Shown here piece by piece: positions 36,068-45,611 of a stretch of 47,128 bases of DNA. A model generated the notes under the pieces. That model worked only from the letters and a program-made list of their open reading frames with translations, had not been told where the DNA came from and did not search any database. The stretch is from Candidatus Altiarchaeota archaeon (GTDB lineage: Archaea > Altiarchaeota > Altiarchaeia > IMC4 > SCGC-AAA252-I15). The DNA is taken from assembly GCA_043800705.1 (NCBI GenBank), contig JAZDMS010000013.1, forward strand, positions 1 through 47,128, written 5' to 3'. The stretch's first letter is position 1. Every line of letters begins with the position of its first letter. Made by a program: the position numbers and the translations under genes.

Positions 36068-37222
36068 TCAATTGTAGCCGGCGTTGATGTTCACGTATTC
36101 AGGGGTCAGATCGCAGCTCCAGCCGACCGCGGAATGCTTCCCGTCGTGGAGGTCTACGACGACCCTGATGTTCCGGTTGGCGAGAACCGCCCTAGATGCG
36201 TCCGGATTCAGTATCTTCCCGTAGCTGACCAGTTTCGCGCTGGATTTCCCGCTGTGGAACGACAGATCGACCTTCGACTCGTCCACCCTGATCCTTGAAC
36301 CCATTGCTGCCACGATCCTGCCCCAGTTGGGGTTCTCGCCGTAGAATGCGGTCTTCACAAGAGGGGAGTTGATTATCGCCTTCACCGCGAGCCTCGCGGC
36401 CTTTATGCTCGCAGCACCATTCACCTCGACCTCGAGGAACTTGCTCGCGCCTTCGCCGTCGCGGGCTATCATCTTGGCGAGCTCACACATCACGTGCGTC
36501 AACAGGCGCTGGAAATCCTCGGCCCTGCAATTCTGGCTCTTGTTGGTAAGAAGCAGGACGGTGTCGTTGGTGCTCATGTCCCCGTCCACGGAGACCATGT
36601 TGAAGCTGACCTCACACGCCTCCTTCAGCGACGACTGGAGCCTCGCCTTCGGAAGCTTGGCGTTTGTCGTGATGAAACAGAGCATCGTGGCCATGTCCGG
36701 TGCGATCATCCCCGCACCCTTGCAAATGCCCCCGACCCTTATCCCGCGATACTCCGCGGAATACATCTTGATCCGCGTATCAGTCGTCATGATGGCCTTC
36801 GCAGCCTGGAGACTGCCGTTAGGGCTTGGCGCCATGCTGCCTGAAGCCTCGACTATGAGCTCCCGGACCTGCCCGATATCCATCCTCCTGCCGATGATGC
36901 CAGTAGACGACACCGCAACGTTTCGCGGATTGATCCCCAAAGCCCTCCCAGCCTCGGAAGCCATCTCCTGCGCATCAGCCAAACCATTGGGGACACAGCA
37001 GTTCGCGTTCCCGGAATTGGCCACAATAGCTTGGATCCCGCCTTTGATGACTTTTTGGCAGTATTTCACCGGCGCGGCCTTGACGCTGTTTTTCGTGAAT
37101 ACGGCAGCGGCTTCGCAGACCTTGTCGGAAACGATTAACGCGACCCCGTATTTGCCCCTTTTTATCCCCCACGCTTTGAATCCAGGAAGGCAGACGCCGT
37201 ACCTTGTCTCGCGGAAATCCAT
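36068..37222 (-). CDS. argJ: Ornithine acetyltransferase / N-acetylglutamate synthase
   Basis: NSGNANC, STGIIG, IMTTDT, KGAGMIAPDMATML, DGDMSTNDT, RDGEGA, NWGRI. Confidence 0.97.
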   Translation of the reverse strand: MDFRETRYGVCLPGFKAWGIKRGKYGVALIVSDKVCEAAAVFTKNSVKAAPVKYCQKVIKGGIQAIVANSGNANCCVPNGLADAQEMASEAGRALGINPRNVAVSSTGIIGRRMDIGQVRELIVEASGSMAPSPNGSLQAAKAIMTTDTRIKMYSAEYRGIRVGGICKGAGMIAPDMATMLCFITTNAKLPKARLQSSLKEACEVSFNMVSVDGDMSTNDTVLLLTNKSQNCRAEDFQRLLTHVMCELAKMIARDGEGASKFLEVEVNGAASIKAARLAVKAIINSPLVKTAFYGENPNWGRIVAAMGSRIRVDESKVDLSFHSGKSSAKLVSYGKILNPDASRAVLANRNIRVVVDLHDGKHSAVGWSCDLTPEYVNINAGYN

Positions 37223-37265
37223 GGTTATTTATTTAACTTATGTGTAGAAAAGTATTACTTCCCCC

Positions 37266-38624
37266 ATGATAAGAGAGAAATGCGCCGTTTTCGGGGCAAA
37301 ATCTAGGACAGACGTGTTCGAGAGCATATACTACGCGCTGCATGCGATGCAACACAGGGGGCAGGAGTCCGCCGGAATCGCAACCTGCAACGACAAGATA
37401 CGGACCCACAAGGACATGGGCCTCGTCACCGACGTCTTCAAGAACGCCTACCTATCCGGCTGCTGCGGCGTAGGGCACGTCAGATACTCCACCACTGGCG
37501 GCTCAAGGATCGAGAACGCCCAGCCGTTCATCATAAACTACCTCAAGGGACAGTTCGCGATCGCCCACAACGGCAACATCGTCAACCAGAGGCAGATCCG
37601 GCAGGGCCTCGAAAACGCAGGCTCCACTTTCACGACCACCTCCGACACCGAGATCATAGCGAAGCTGATAGCGTACGAACACACCAGATGCGGGGACATA
37701 GTGAAGGCGATACAATCCACCATGACCCAGCTCATCGGCTCCTACTCGCTGACGATACTGTACGACAACAAGGTCATAGGCGTAAGGGACCCAAGCGGCA
37801 TCCGTCCCCTCTGCCTCGGCAGGAAGGACGACACATACTACATCTCCTCGGAAAGCTGCGCCCTCGACGTCCTCGGCGCGGAGCTGATAAGGGATGTCAA
37901 GCCCTCCGAGATAATCGTCATCGGGGACGGGATCAAGTCCGAGACCGGACTGAAGGGGAGGATATGCCACTGTATGTTCGAATACGTCTACTTCGCAAGG
38001 GCCGACTCCATCATCGACGGAAAATCCATATACCAGGTGCGGAAGAACCTCGGCAGGAACCTCGCGAAGGAGAGCCCCGTGAAGGCGGACATCGTATGCG
38101 CGGTCCCCGACTCCGGCGTCACCCATGCCATAGGATACGCACAGGAGTCCAAGATCCCCTACAGCGAATGCCTCATGAAGAACAGGTACGTCGGCAGGAC
38201 CTTCATCATGCCGGACCAGAAGCAGCGCGACCTCGGAGTCAGGGTCAAACTCAACCCCATAAAGTCAGAGGTCACAGGCAAACGGATCATACTCGTCGAC
38301 GACAGCATCGTCCGGGGAACAACCCTCAAGAGGATAGTCCAGACGCTCAGGGACGCCGGAGCAAAGGAGGTCCACGTCAGGATCGCATCGCCGCCGATAA
38401 AACACCCCTGCCAATACGGCATAGACATGCAGACCAGCAAGGAATTCATAGCCACAGAACGCACCATAAAGGAGATAGGGAAGATGATCGGCTCAGACTC
38501 CATCGCCTACCAATCCCACGAAGGGCTCATCAAGGCGATAGGCCACAAGGAAAGCGACCTATGCCTCGCCTGCCTCAACGGCGAATACCCCCTTAAAGAC
38601 AAACAGAGGAAACTGACCGAATAG
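37266..38624 (+). CDS. purF: Amidophosphoribosyltransferase
   Basis: EKC N-terminus, QHRGQESAG, GHVRYST, CMFEYVYFAR, LVDDSIVRGTT. Confidence 0.97.
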   Translation: MIREKCAVFGAKSRTDVFESIYYALHAMQHRGQESAGIATCNDKIRTHKDMGLVTDVFKNAYLSGCCGVGHVRYSTTGGSRIENAQPFIINYLKGQFAIAHNGNIVNQRQIRQGLENAGSTFTTTSDTEIIAKLIAYEHTRCGDIVKAIQSTMTQLIGSYSLTILYDNKVIGVRDPSGIRPLCLGRKDDTYYISSESCALDVLGAELIRDVKPSEIIVIGDGIKSETGLKGRICHCMFEYVYFARADSIIDGKSIYQVRKNLGRNLAKESPVKADIVCAVPDSGVTHAIGYAQESKIPYSECLMKNRYVGRTFIMPDQKQRDLGVRVKLNPIKSEVTGKRIILVDDSIVRGTTLKRIVQTLRDAGAKEVHVRIASPPIKHPCQYGIDMQTSKEFIATERTIKEIGKMIGSDSIAYQSHEGLIKAIGHKESDLCLACLNGEYPLKDKQRKLTE

Positions 38625-38675
38625 ACGCCTAATAATTGCGAACCAGCCTATTATTGACCGATTAGGCGGTTTTAC

Positions 38676-39698
38676 ATGGCCACCAGATACATAATCGTCG
38701 GCGTAGACCCAGGCACCACCACAGCAGTCGCCGCAATAGACCTCAGAGGCAGGATAGTCGGCCTACACTCCAGCAAAGACATGGGACTGGCCGAGACAGT
38801 AAAATACATACTCTCCGTCGGAAGACCGTCCCTCGTCGCATCGGACGTCAACCCACCCCCGGACTTCGTCGCCTCAGTCGCAACAAAGTTCGGAGTCACC
38901 CTGTTCATTCCCGAAAAAACGCTGTCCGTCACAGACAAACTAGACCTGACACGACCCCACAGCGCAGCCGACGCCCACCAGAGGGACGCACTGGCCGCGG
39001 CACTAAACGCCCAACACGAATACGGAAACAAACTCAGAAAAGCCGAATCCATCGGCCTCCCAGACGAAGCCAAACACCTCGTACTCCAGGGACACTCCAT
39101 CAGCGCCGCCAGGGCAGCCATCGAAAGGACGGAGCCGGAACCGGAAGAGGAAAAACCTGCGGAGCCGGAAAAACCCCGGACAGATGAGGAACGGATGCTC
39201 AGGGACCTCCAAAAGAGGATAAAAAACCTGCAGGAGCTCATCTCCGAAAAGGATGCCCGGATACTGGAACTTAATGTCGAACTGGCGCAGGCGAAGAGGG
39301 TCAAACACCTGAAACCGGAGCGCAAAAGCGACGAAGACAAAAGGATACAAACCCTCCAGGCAAGGCTCACACGACAAGACAGGATAGAGAGGCTCCTCAA
39401 ACGCATTATATCAGGCGAAGCCGTACCCGTCGGATTATACCCCCAGACCATCGGCGGCCTAGCAGTCGTCGAAGTCAAACCCGACGACATAAGATGGATA
39501 AAGGCAGCCTTCACATCGAAGAAGAGGATCGCAGACCAACTCATCGAACAAAACATCCCAGTATACGACTCCAAGGAAGTCGAGAACGATTCAGGCTACC
39601 GATACATAACTAAAAAAACGCTTCAAGAACTGATGAAACCCAAACCGGAAAAACCGGACATTGAAAAAATAATCAACGAATACAGACAAAAAAGATAA
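38676..39698 (+). CDS. DUF460 protein (RNase H-like fold plus coiled coil)
   Basis: IVGVDPGTTTAVA, ASDVNPPP, HQRDALAAA. Confidence 0.88.
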   Translation: MATRYIIVGVDPGTTTAVAAIDLRGRIVGLHSSKDMGLAETVKYILSVGRPSLVASDVNPPPDFVASVATKFGVTLFIPEKTLSVTDKLDLTRPHSAADAHQRDALAAALNAQHEYGNKLRKAESIGLPDEAKHLVLQGHSISAARAAIERTEPEPEEEKPAEPEKPRTDEERMLRDLQKRIKNLQELISEKDARILELNVELAQAKRVKHLKPERKSDEDKRIQTLQARLTRQDRIERLLKRIISGEAVPVGLYPQTIGGLAVVEVKPDDIRWIKAAFTSKKRIADQLIEQNIPVYDSKEVENDSGYRYITKKTLQELMKPKPEKPDIEKIINEYRQKR

Positions 39699-39708
39699 AG
39701 AAGAAAAG

Positions 39709-39997
39709 TTGCAGTGGCTGCGTAGTCCGCCTTAAGTCGGCTTTCGGCGCGCAAGCGCGCACACTGCCGTCTGGGGATCCTTCTAAGCGCCGGATAAACG
39801 GCTTGCACCAGATGCGGAGGCGACACCCGTTTCACACAGCCGACAGACAACTCAGCTTGCGCATCACCGTTGACGCCCGCCGGCCTCTCGTCTCTGTATT
39901 GCCGCCCGGACACTCGCGCATCCGACCGCACAAAAGCTGGTGGGCGGAACCTCCTCAGGACCCATAAGGCCCCGTAGCCCCAAAACAGCCACTGCAA
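39709..39997 (-). ncRNA. rnpB: Archaeal RNase P RNA (type-M-like)
   Basis: 12-bp P1 (TTGCAGTGGCTG/CAGCCACTGCAA); CR-I GAGGAGGTTCCGCC, CR-II ACAGAGAC, CR-III TGAAAC, GGTGCAAGCC, CR-V ACTTAAGGCGGACTA; TTTATAA about 25 nt upstream. Confidence 0.9.
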
Positions 39998-40078
39998 GAG
40001 AAATTAGGGCAAAATGGGCTTATAAACAGCGGGGAAAATATTTAAACAGGGCCTAAAACAAAAATCAAGTGGAGGGTC

Positions 40079-40924
40079 ATGGAACATACAAAAATCCTAG
40101 TCATAGGCGAAAACCCTGACGAGATACGGACGATAATGGGGTTATTCGAGGCAAAATTCCCCAACGCAGCCCTCAGGGCCGCCACAACCATAGACCAGGC
40201 CATCAGGATGATGTCCGAAGAGACGCCAGACATCGTACTGATGGACGTGACAGTCCCCGAAACTGACGGCATCCCGTTGGCACTGCAGATGCGAAACGAC
40301 AAAAGGCTGAAAGACGTCCCCATAGTCTACCTCACTGAACACGGCGACGAAAAAAGCCTCAAGATAAGCAAAATACGGAATGAAGACTACATCCTAAAAC
40401 CACTCGACCCGGACAATCTGATAAAATGCATCAAGATAGTAGCCGTCGAAAACAAGCTCCTGAAGAAGCCGATATATCCGATAACCTACCTAACCCTTGA
40501 CCTCGCAGCATTGATCCTGCCTATCGCCGCAGCCACATACTACCTCATAAAGGAGATACAGATACCAACCTACCTGCTGACACCATACGCATTACTGACC
40601 GTTCCGACCATTGCCGAACATGCAAAAGCCCTAATGGTCTGGGCCTTCACATACATGATAATCCTCCTGTGCATCGACCTGTTCCTAAGGAAGTGTATGC
40701 CAGACATCCATGAAATGAAACACACCCTCCCGGAGACAAACCTAGACTACTGGCAGAAGAACAAGATGAAATTCCTCACACAGACCCTGTTCCCCATATG
40801 GCTGGTGACCTTCCTGCCAGCCTACTTCCTGCGCCCCACCATAACACTCGCCATAATATGCCTGATGCCCCCCTCGATGCTGGGACTATTCGTCGCCGGA
40901 TACTGGCCTAAGAAAGGAAGATAA
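40079..40924 (+). CDS. Response-regulator receiver domain fused to a C-terminal membrane domain
   Basis: PDIVLMDVTVP..DG, PIVYLT, DYILKP, then about 4 hydrophobic segments. Confidence 0.85.
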   Translation: MEHTKILVIGENPDEIRTIMGLFEAKFPNAALRAATTIDQAIRMMSEETPDIVLMDVTVPETDGIPLALQMRNDKRLKDVPIVYLTEHGDEKSLKISKIRNEDYILKPLDPDNLIKCIKIVAVENKLLKKPIYPITYLTLDLAALILPIAAATYYLIKEIQIPTYLLTPYALLTVPTIAEHAKALMVWAFTYMIILLCIDLFLRKCMPDIHEMKHTLPETNLDYWQKNKMKFLTQTLFPIWLVTFLPAYFLRPTITLAIICLMPPSMLGLFVAGYWPKKGR

Positions 40925-41046
40925 AAAAAAGGGCAATATCAGGCCCCCTCAGATACGACAAAAACGACCTGTCCCCATGCCAAATACTGAACCGACTGAA
41001 ACAAGGCGTTGCCCATTTATCAACGCCAGCAACAATAGATAAGAGG

Positions 41047-42042
41047 ATGGAAACAAACACTAACCAGGCTGATATCAGGGACAGGATAAACCGCCTGTTT
41101 CGGGACTTCCTCGGCTCAAACACGGATTTCAGCCTCGACAAACACCTCAAAGCCCAAGGACTGCAGGACATCTCCACCCTCAACCAAACACAGAAGAGAC
41201 AGTTCGCGGAAGACCTAATCGACAAGGTCATACGACCAGCCGCATCAAGCGGAAAAACCAGCATGGCACGCGTGGAGCTCATGAGCATACTAAGGATCGG
41301 GGTCGAGCCGTGGAAGATAACAGCCGACTACGTCCCAAGCCCGAGGGAACACCTCCTCGCCCACGAAATGAACGAAGAGTTCCAGAAACTCAACAGACAG
41401 ACGATATATGCAGAGGTCGCGAGAAACAACCTAAGGGAAAGGGTCGAACCCGACCAGCATACAAAGAACGCAGTAATCACGTCGGTCATCGCCACCATCT
41501 TCGGAACGATGCCGAAGACCACCCTCGTATACACGAAAAAACTCTTCAACAAACGCCCGATAGAGTGGGTTGTAAAAAACAGCCTCTCAGCCTACATGAA
41601 AAACGAGGAAGCCAGGGAATCAGCAAAGAACCTTACACAAATGTTCGGCGTCCTCGTAAAGGCCAAAGACGACCAGATCCAGCCGAACGAGATAAACATG
41701 GAACTGCTCTCCGAGAAGCTGAGGGACGACTTCACCGACACCAACCAGGTCGTCATCAGAAGGCTCAAGAACGAGCTTAACATAGACGACATGAAAACCG
41801 TCAACGAAGCCAAAAAACAGAGGATAATGCAGACCCTCATGACGCACTACTTCGGCCAGATGAGCGATAAATACCTCAGCCTGGAGGCCGAAAAGATGAA
41901 GCTCAACGCCGACACGAACAGGGCGACAACCGACAAGATGCGCCTCATAAACGCGATCATATACGACTGCCTGCACACGACTATGGCCGCCGAAGACGCG
42001 AAACTCGCACACACAGACCTCTCATTCCTCATCAACCCCTGA
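41047..42042 (+). CDS. Hypothetical helical protein
   Basis: 331-aa ORF with host-like codon usage. Confidence 0.7.
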   Translation: METNTNQADIRDRINRLFRDFLGSNTDFSLDKHLKAQGLQDISTLNQTQKRQFAEDLIDKVIRPAASSGKTSMARVELMSILRIGVEPWKITADYVPSPREHLLAHEMNEEFQKLNRQTIYAEVARNNLRERVEPDQHTKNAVITSVIATIFGTMPKTTLVYTKKLFNKRPIEWVVKNSLSAYMKNEEARESAKNLTQMFGVLVKAKDDQIQPNEINMELLSEKLRDDFTDTNQVVIRRLKNELNIDDMKTVNEAKKQRIMQTLMTHYFGQMSDKYLSLEAEKMKLNADTNRATTDKMRLINAIIYDCLHTTMAAEDAKLAHTDLSFLINP

Positions 42043-42045
42043 AAA

Positions 42046-42447
42046 ATGGCTGAAGAGTTACCCCTCAAAGACATAAAAAACAGCACTATATTCAGGATAG
42101 ACAAGACCCAGACTGTCTACGAGGCCGCTAAACTGATGAGGGAAAAGAACATATCATCGGTCATTGCCCTGGACAAGAACACCATAGCAGGCATCATGAC
42201 CGAACGGGACATCGTCCAAAAGGTCATATGCCAGGACATGAACCCCAAAGAAACCAAAATCGAAGAGATAATGACCAGCCCGGTCCCGTCCATAGACATA
42301 GGGAAAACATTAGTCGACGCGGCGCGGACGATGAGGCAACTGAAGGCCAATGAGCTCCTGGTCACGGAAGGACGGGAAGTGAAGGGGATAATAAGCGAAC
42401 ACGACATAGTCGAACTCGACCCCGCCCTTCACCGGCCGGAGAAATGA
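42046..42447 (+). CDS. CBS-domain pair protein
   Basis: EAAKLMREKNISSV, GIMTERDIV, IMTSPV, GIISEHDI. Confidence 0.92.
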   Translation: MAEELPLKDIKNSTIFRIDKTQTVYEAAKLMREKNISSVIALDKNTIAGIMTERDIVQKVICQDMNPKETKIEEIMTSPVPSIDIGKTLVDAARTMRQLKANELLVTEGREVKGIISEHDIVELDPALHRPEK

Positions 42448-42914
42448 GCATGAGGGGGATAAACATCATCGTCGCGTTGCTGCTGGCTTCAGGCTGCCTG
42501 CAGGAGACAGACCCGAAAGACGCCAAAACATTCCAAGACTGCCAAGCCGCAGGCTACCCCATACTCGAAACATACCCCCGCCAATGCAGGACCCCGGACA
42601 ACCGGACGTTCACCTCCGACCAGGACGTCTTCCAAACCACCCGCGACAACACATGCGGCGACGACTCCGAATGCGCACTCGTCAACACGAAAAACGGACT
42701 AAGCTGCTGCTGGATCGGAAACTGCGAACAACCTGACTACTCACTAGGACACTGGCAGGCGGTGGACAAAGACTGGTACCAGCGCCAGAGAACGCAGACA
42801 TGCCCGAAAGAAGCGGACTGCGGCCCCGCCCCGATGTGCGAGGCAAATGCGCCAATCGGCGACTACAAGGCTGCATGCGTCAACTCGAAATGCATAAAGC
42901 TTATGATAACATGA
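42444..42914 (+). CDS. Cys-rich lipoprotein
   Basis: Lipobox LASGC; FQDCQAAGYPILETYPRQCRTPDNRTF module. Confidence 0.8.
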   Translation: MSMRGINIIVALLLASGCLQETDPKDAKTFQDCQAAGYPILETYPRQCRTPDNRTFTSDQDVFQTTRDNTCGDDSECALVNTKNGLSCCWIGNCEQPDYSLGHWQAVDKDWYQRQRTQTCPKEADCGPAPMCEANAPIGDYKAACVNSKCIKLMIT

Positions 42915-42931
42915 TGGCATAAGGGAAGAAA

Positions 42932-43612
42932 GTGTTCCGCGAAACCGCCAAAAATGGGAGAGGCTGGTCTTTTGAATACAACAGCATATTAGAAGAACCC
43001 ACGACAGACAGGCCGGTATATTCCATCAAATGCGATATTTCCCTCTGGACGCTCCTTGCCTCGAATGCCCTGACGATGACCCTGGCTATAAGCCAATCAT
43101 GGAATGTGATCACCGTTATGTGGATCTATTGGTTCCAAAACATGACCATATGCATCTTCAACACCGCCAAGATCAAAAGGCTTAAGGATTACTCGACAAA
43201 AGGCGTCAAGATAAACGGCAACCCCATCGAACCAAGCGAGGAAATGAAGAACAACATAGCAAACCACTTCATAGGAGGATATACCATCACCCATCTCGGC
43301 CTGGCCTTTTTCCTTTTGATAATCGGCTCACCATTCTTCAAAGAACCTGGATACGTCATCCTCTCAGCCGCAACATTCCTCATAAACCACGGATTCTCCT
43401 ATGCATACAACAAAGAGAGCCTCGAAGGAGTGAACATTGGGAGGATGTACGCGCTCCCGTTCCTTCGACTCTTCCCCCTGACATTCACGATAGTATTCTG
43501 CGCCGCCATAATCTTCTTGGGGGGCCAGTCCCCCATGATTCTTTTCCTCACCATAAAGACGATAGTAGATGCGACAACCCATATAATAGAGCACCAATAT
43601 ACCAGCGCATGA
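42932..43612 (+). CDS. Membrane protein (DUF6498-like)
   Basis: W....VMWIYWFQN, HGFSY, MYALPFLR, IKTIVD..TH..EH. Confidence 0.7.
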   Translation: MFRETAKNGRGWSFEYNSILEEPTTDRPVYSIKCDISLWTLLASNALTMTLAISQSWNVITVMWIYWFQNMTICIFNTAKIKRLKDYSTKGVKINGNPIEPSEEMKNNIANHFIGGYTITHLGLAFFLLIIGSPFFKEPGYVILSAATFLINHGFSYAYNKESLEGVNIGRMYALPFLRLFPLTFTIVFCAAIIFLGGQSPMILFLTIKTIVDATTHIIEHQYTSA

Positions 43613-43647
43613 ATACCGCATCAGGCCGGAAAAACGCGGTCAGATGC

Positions 43648-44049
43648 TCAATCCTTGAACAAAATCTTCCTCAGAGGCCCAAAAATGGCGACCATCAGGA
43701 TCAAGCCGACACCGTCGATGGCCCAACTGGGTCTCGCAGAAAAGATATCCGCCACAAAAGCCACGAATAGCACAACTTCCGAGAGGACGATGCCCCAGGA
43801 CTTGTTTTTCGAAAGCCCGAATCCTCCGACGATGAAACCCGCATATACTGCCATGCTGAACTGGGGATTCAGATAGACCGGCTCCGTAGACGATTCACCA
43901 CCGAGATAAAGTAAAATCAGAGCTAAAATGCCCCTGAGCACCAATAAACCCCCGATGTACTCGAACAAAAAACGCATGTCAAGATGCTTCAACATCATGA
44001 TCGGATCGTCCCTGCGGCTCATACAAGAAACAATATACAAAACAGACAA
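43648..44049 (-). CDS. Small membrane protein (start uncertain)
   Basis: Four hydrophobic segments. Confidence 0.6.
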   Translation of the reverse strand: MSVLYIVSCMSRRDDPIMMLKHLDMRFLFEYIGGLLVLRGILALILLYLGGESSTEPVYLNPQFSMAVYAGFIVGGFGLSKNKSWGIVLSEVVLFVAFVADIFSARPSWAIDGVGLILMVAIFGPLRKILFKD

Positions 44050-44073
44050 TAAAAATGGCGCCCAATAACCGAA

Positions 44074-44472
44074 TCACGACGCTAATTGCCGGCCACATTT
44101 AGGGCACTCAGAATCCCGATTATTGACTGTATAACCGCAGTTTAGACAGTATTTTTCACATTTAGGGCAATGCCAGTATTTACGATATTTCTCCAGGCGA
44201 CCGCCACATAACGAGCAAATCCTGTCTGTCGACGGCTTCAGCCGAGTGTACGCAACCGATCCGATGAGCGAGGTGAGGATGATGATGAGCAAACTCAAGA
44301 CAGGATCGGAGACGAACAGAATGACCCACGGAGACATGCCGATTGCCTCATTAGACGGGCGACCAGTGCGAATATTGTCCAAAAGGGGGGTCGAAGTTAG
44401 GAGGCTATACTGTAATATGAACAATAACAGAAAAACAACTAAAAACCGACGCCCCCCAGAATGCTCAGTCAT
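44074..44472 (-). CDS. Membrane protein with C-terminal double zinc ribbon
   Basis: Two TM segments; CSLCG, CPKC, CLNCG, CPKCG. Confidence 0.75.
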   Translation of the reverse strand: MTEHSGGRRFLVVFLLLFILQYSLLTSTPLLDNIRTGRPSNEAIGMSPWVILFVSDPVLSLLIIILTSLIGSVAYTRLKPSTDRICSLCGGRLEKYRKYWHCPKCEKYCLNCGYTVNNRDSECPKCGRQLAS

Positions 44473-44620
44473 GTGAAAAGTATTGACACAAATGGATAAT
44501 AAGGATTCCGTTAAGCCTTTTTCCAAAAAGGCCGGCAAAAAATCTGCTATCTTCGACTAACGGCCTCGATAACACTGAACCCCTCCCTAGTCTCCAATTT
44601 TTGACAAATAATCCGCTAGG

Positions 44621-45157
44621 TTAAGACTCTTTGAGGCCGCCAAATTTGTCCGTAAAGTCACACAATGTATCGATTATCCTAAGAAGACGACCGAGGTCAT
44701 CGATTGAATCCCCCTCGACATAATTGACGCTTTTAGCATCTACTATTAACTTCGCCTTCTGAGGAGAATTCATTCCAAGAAGGATTCTTTGAATCTCTGA
44801 GTCTAGGATAGTATTCTTTGAAATATCACTCTCATCGCGGAGCACTACGACAGTAGTCCGGATACCCTTGTTAAAATGCATATGATAGAGGACATCGCCC
44901 ATTACCGAAACCTTTTTTCCGCGGTATAGTCCAGTGAAATAATAACCGTCGATGTCGACATCCGACCAGCCCTTAGAATTCTTGAGAACCTGGAAATTCT
45001 TCAACATCTTCCGCTTTTTTCGCCCGTTGTCGATGAACCTCTGGAAATCCAAGATTGATAAGGCGATCAGAACACCAAATAGAATGATCTCCAAAGGGGA
45101 TAGGGTCTGAAGATGATCGGAAACCAGATAAAGTAAAGCCGCAAAAAAAAGGGCCAC
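44621..45157 (-). CDS. Membrane-anchored hypothetical protein (possibly frameshifted from ATG 45186)
   Basis: Hydrophobic N-terminus; a T8 run separates it from an upstream out-of-frame ATG. Confidence 0.6.
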   Translation of the reverse strand: MALFFAALLYLVSDHLQTLSPLEIILFGVLIALSILDFQRFIDNGRKKRKMLKNFQVLKNSKGWSDVDIDGYYFTGLYRGKKVSVMGDVLYHMHFNKGIRTTVVVLRDESDISKNTILDSEIQRILLGMNSPQKAKLIVDAKSVNYVEGDSIDDLGRLLRIIDTLCDFTDKFGGLKES

Positions 45158-45611
45158 TCAAGGACGAGGAGCAGATCGAAATCCATATTAACAATTGAAA
45201 AATGCGGTTTAAATGCTTCTGCGCTTCGCTTAGCCTAGGTTCAACATGGTTTATCGGCTTTCTCCCGAGGAATACGACAGCAGGATAAGGCTCGAAGTCA
45301 ACCCGAAGCCGAGCAAGACCGTAAGGACGCCGCACGTAATAGTGCGCTTAAACGATATCAGTGACGAGTCCCCACCATAGCTGCTAAGCCCCCACAAATG
45401 ATGATCCATATCAGTCATCGCAGTCTAACTCGAAGACTATATCCGCACAATCGTAGAACACGTCCAAAGTGGGAGTGACCATGAGAGGAATAAGACTAAC
45501 CTGCATTACTTAAAAAATAGTTTTCTCGCTTACGCTCGATAATCCAGAATTTTAGTTTAACGCAACTGGTTATCTAGCTTGTTGCAAAAAAGACACCGCA
45601 CCATAATCTGG

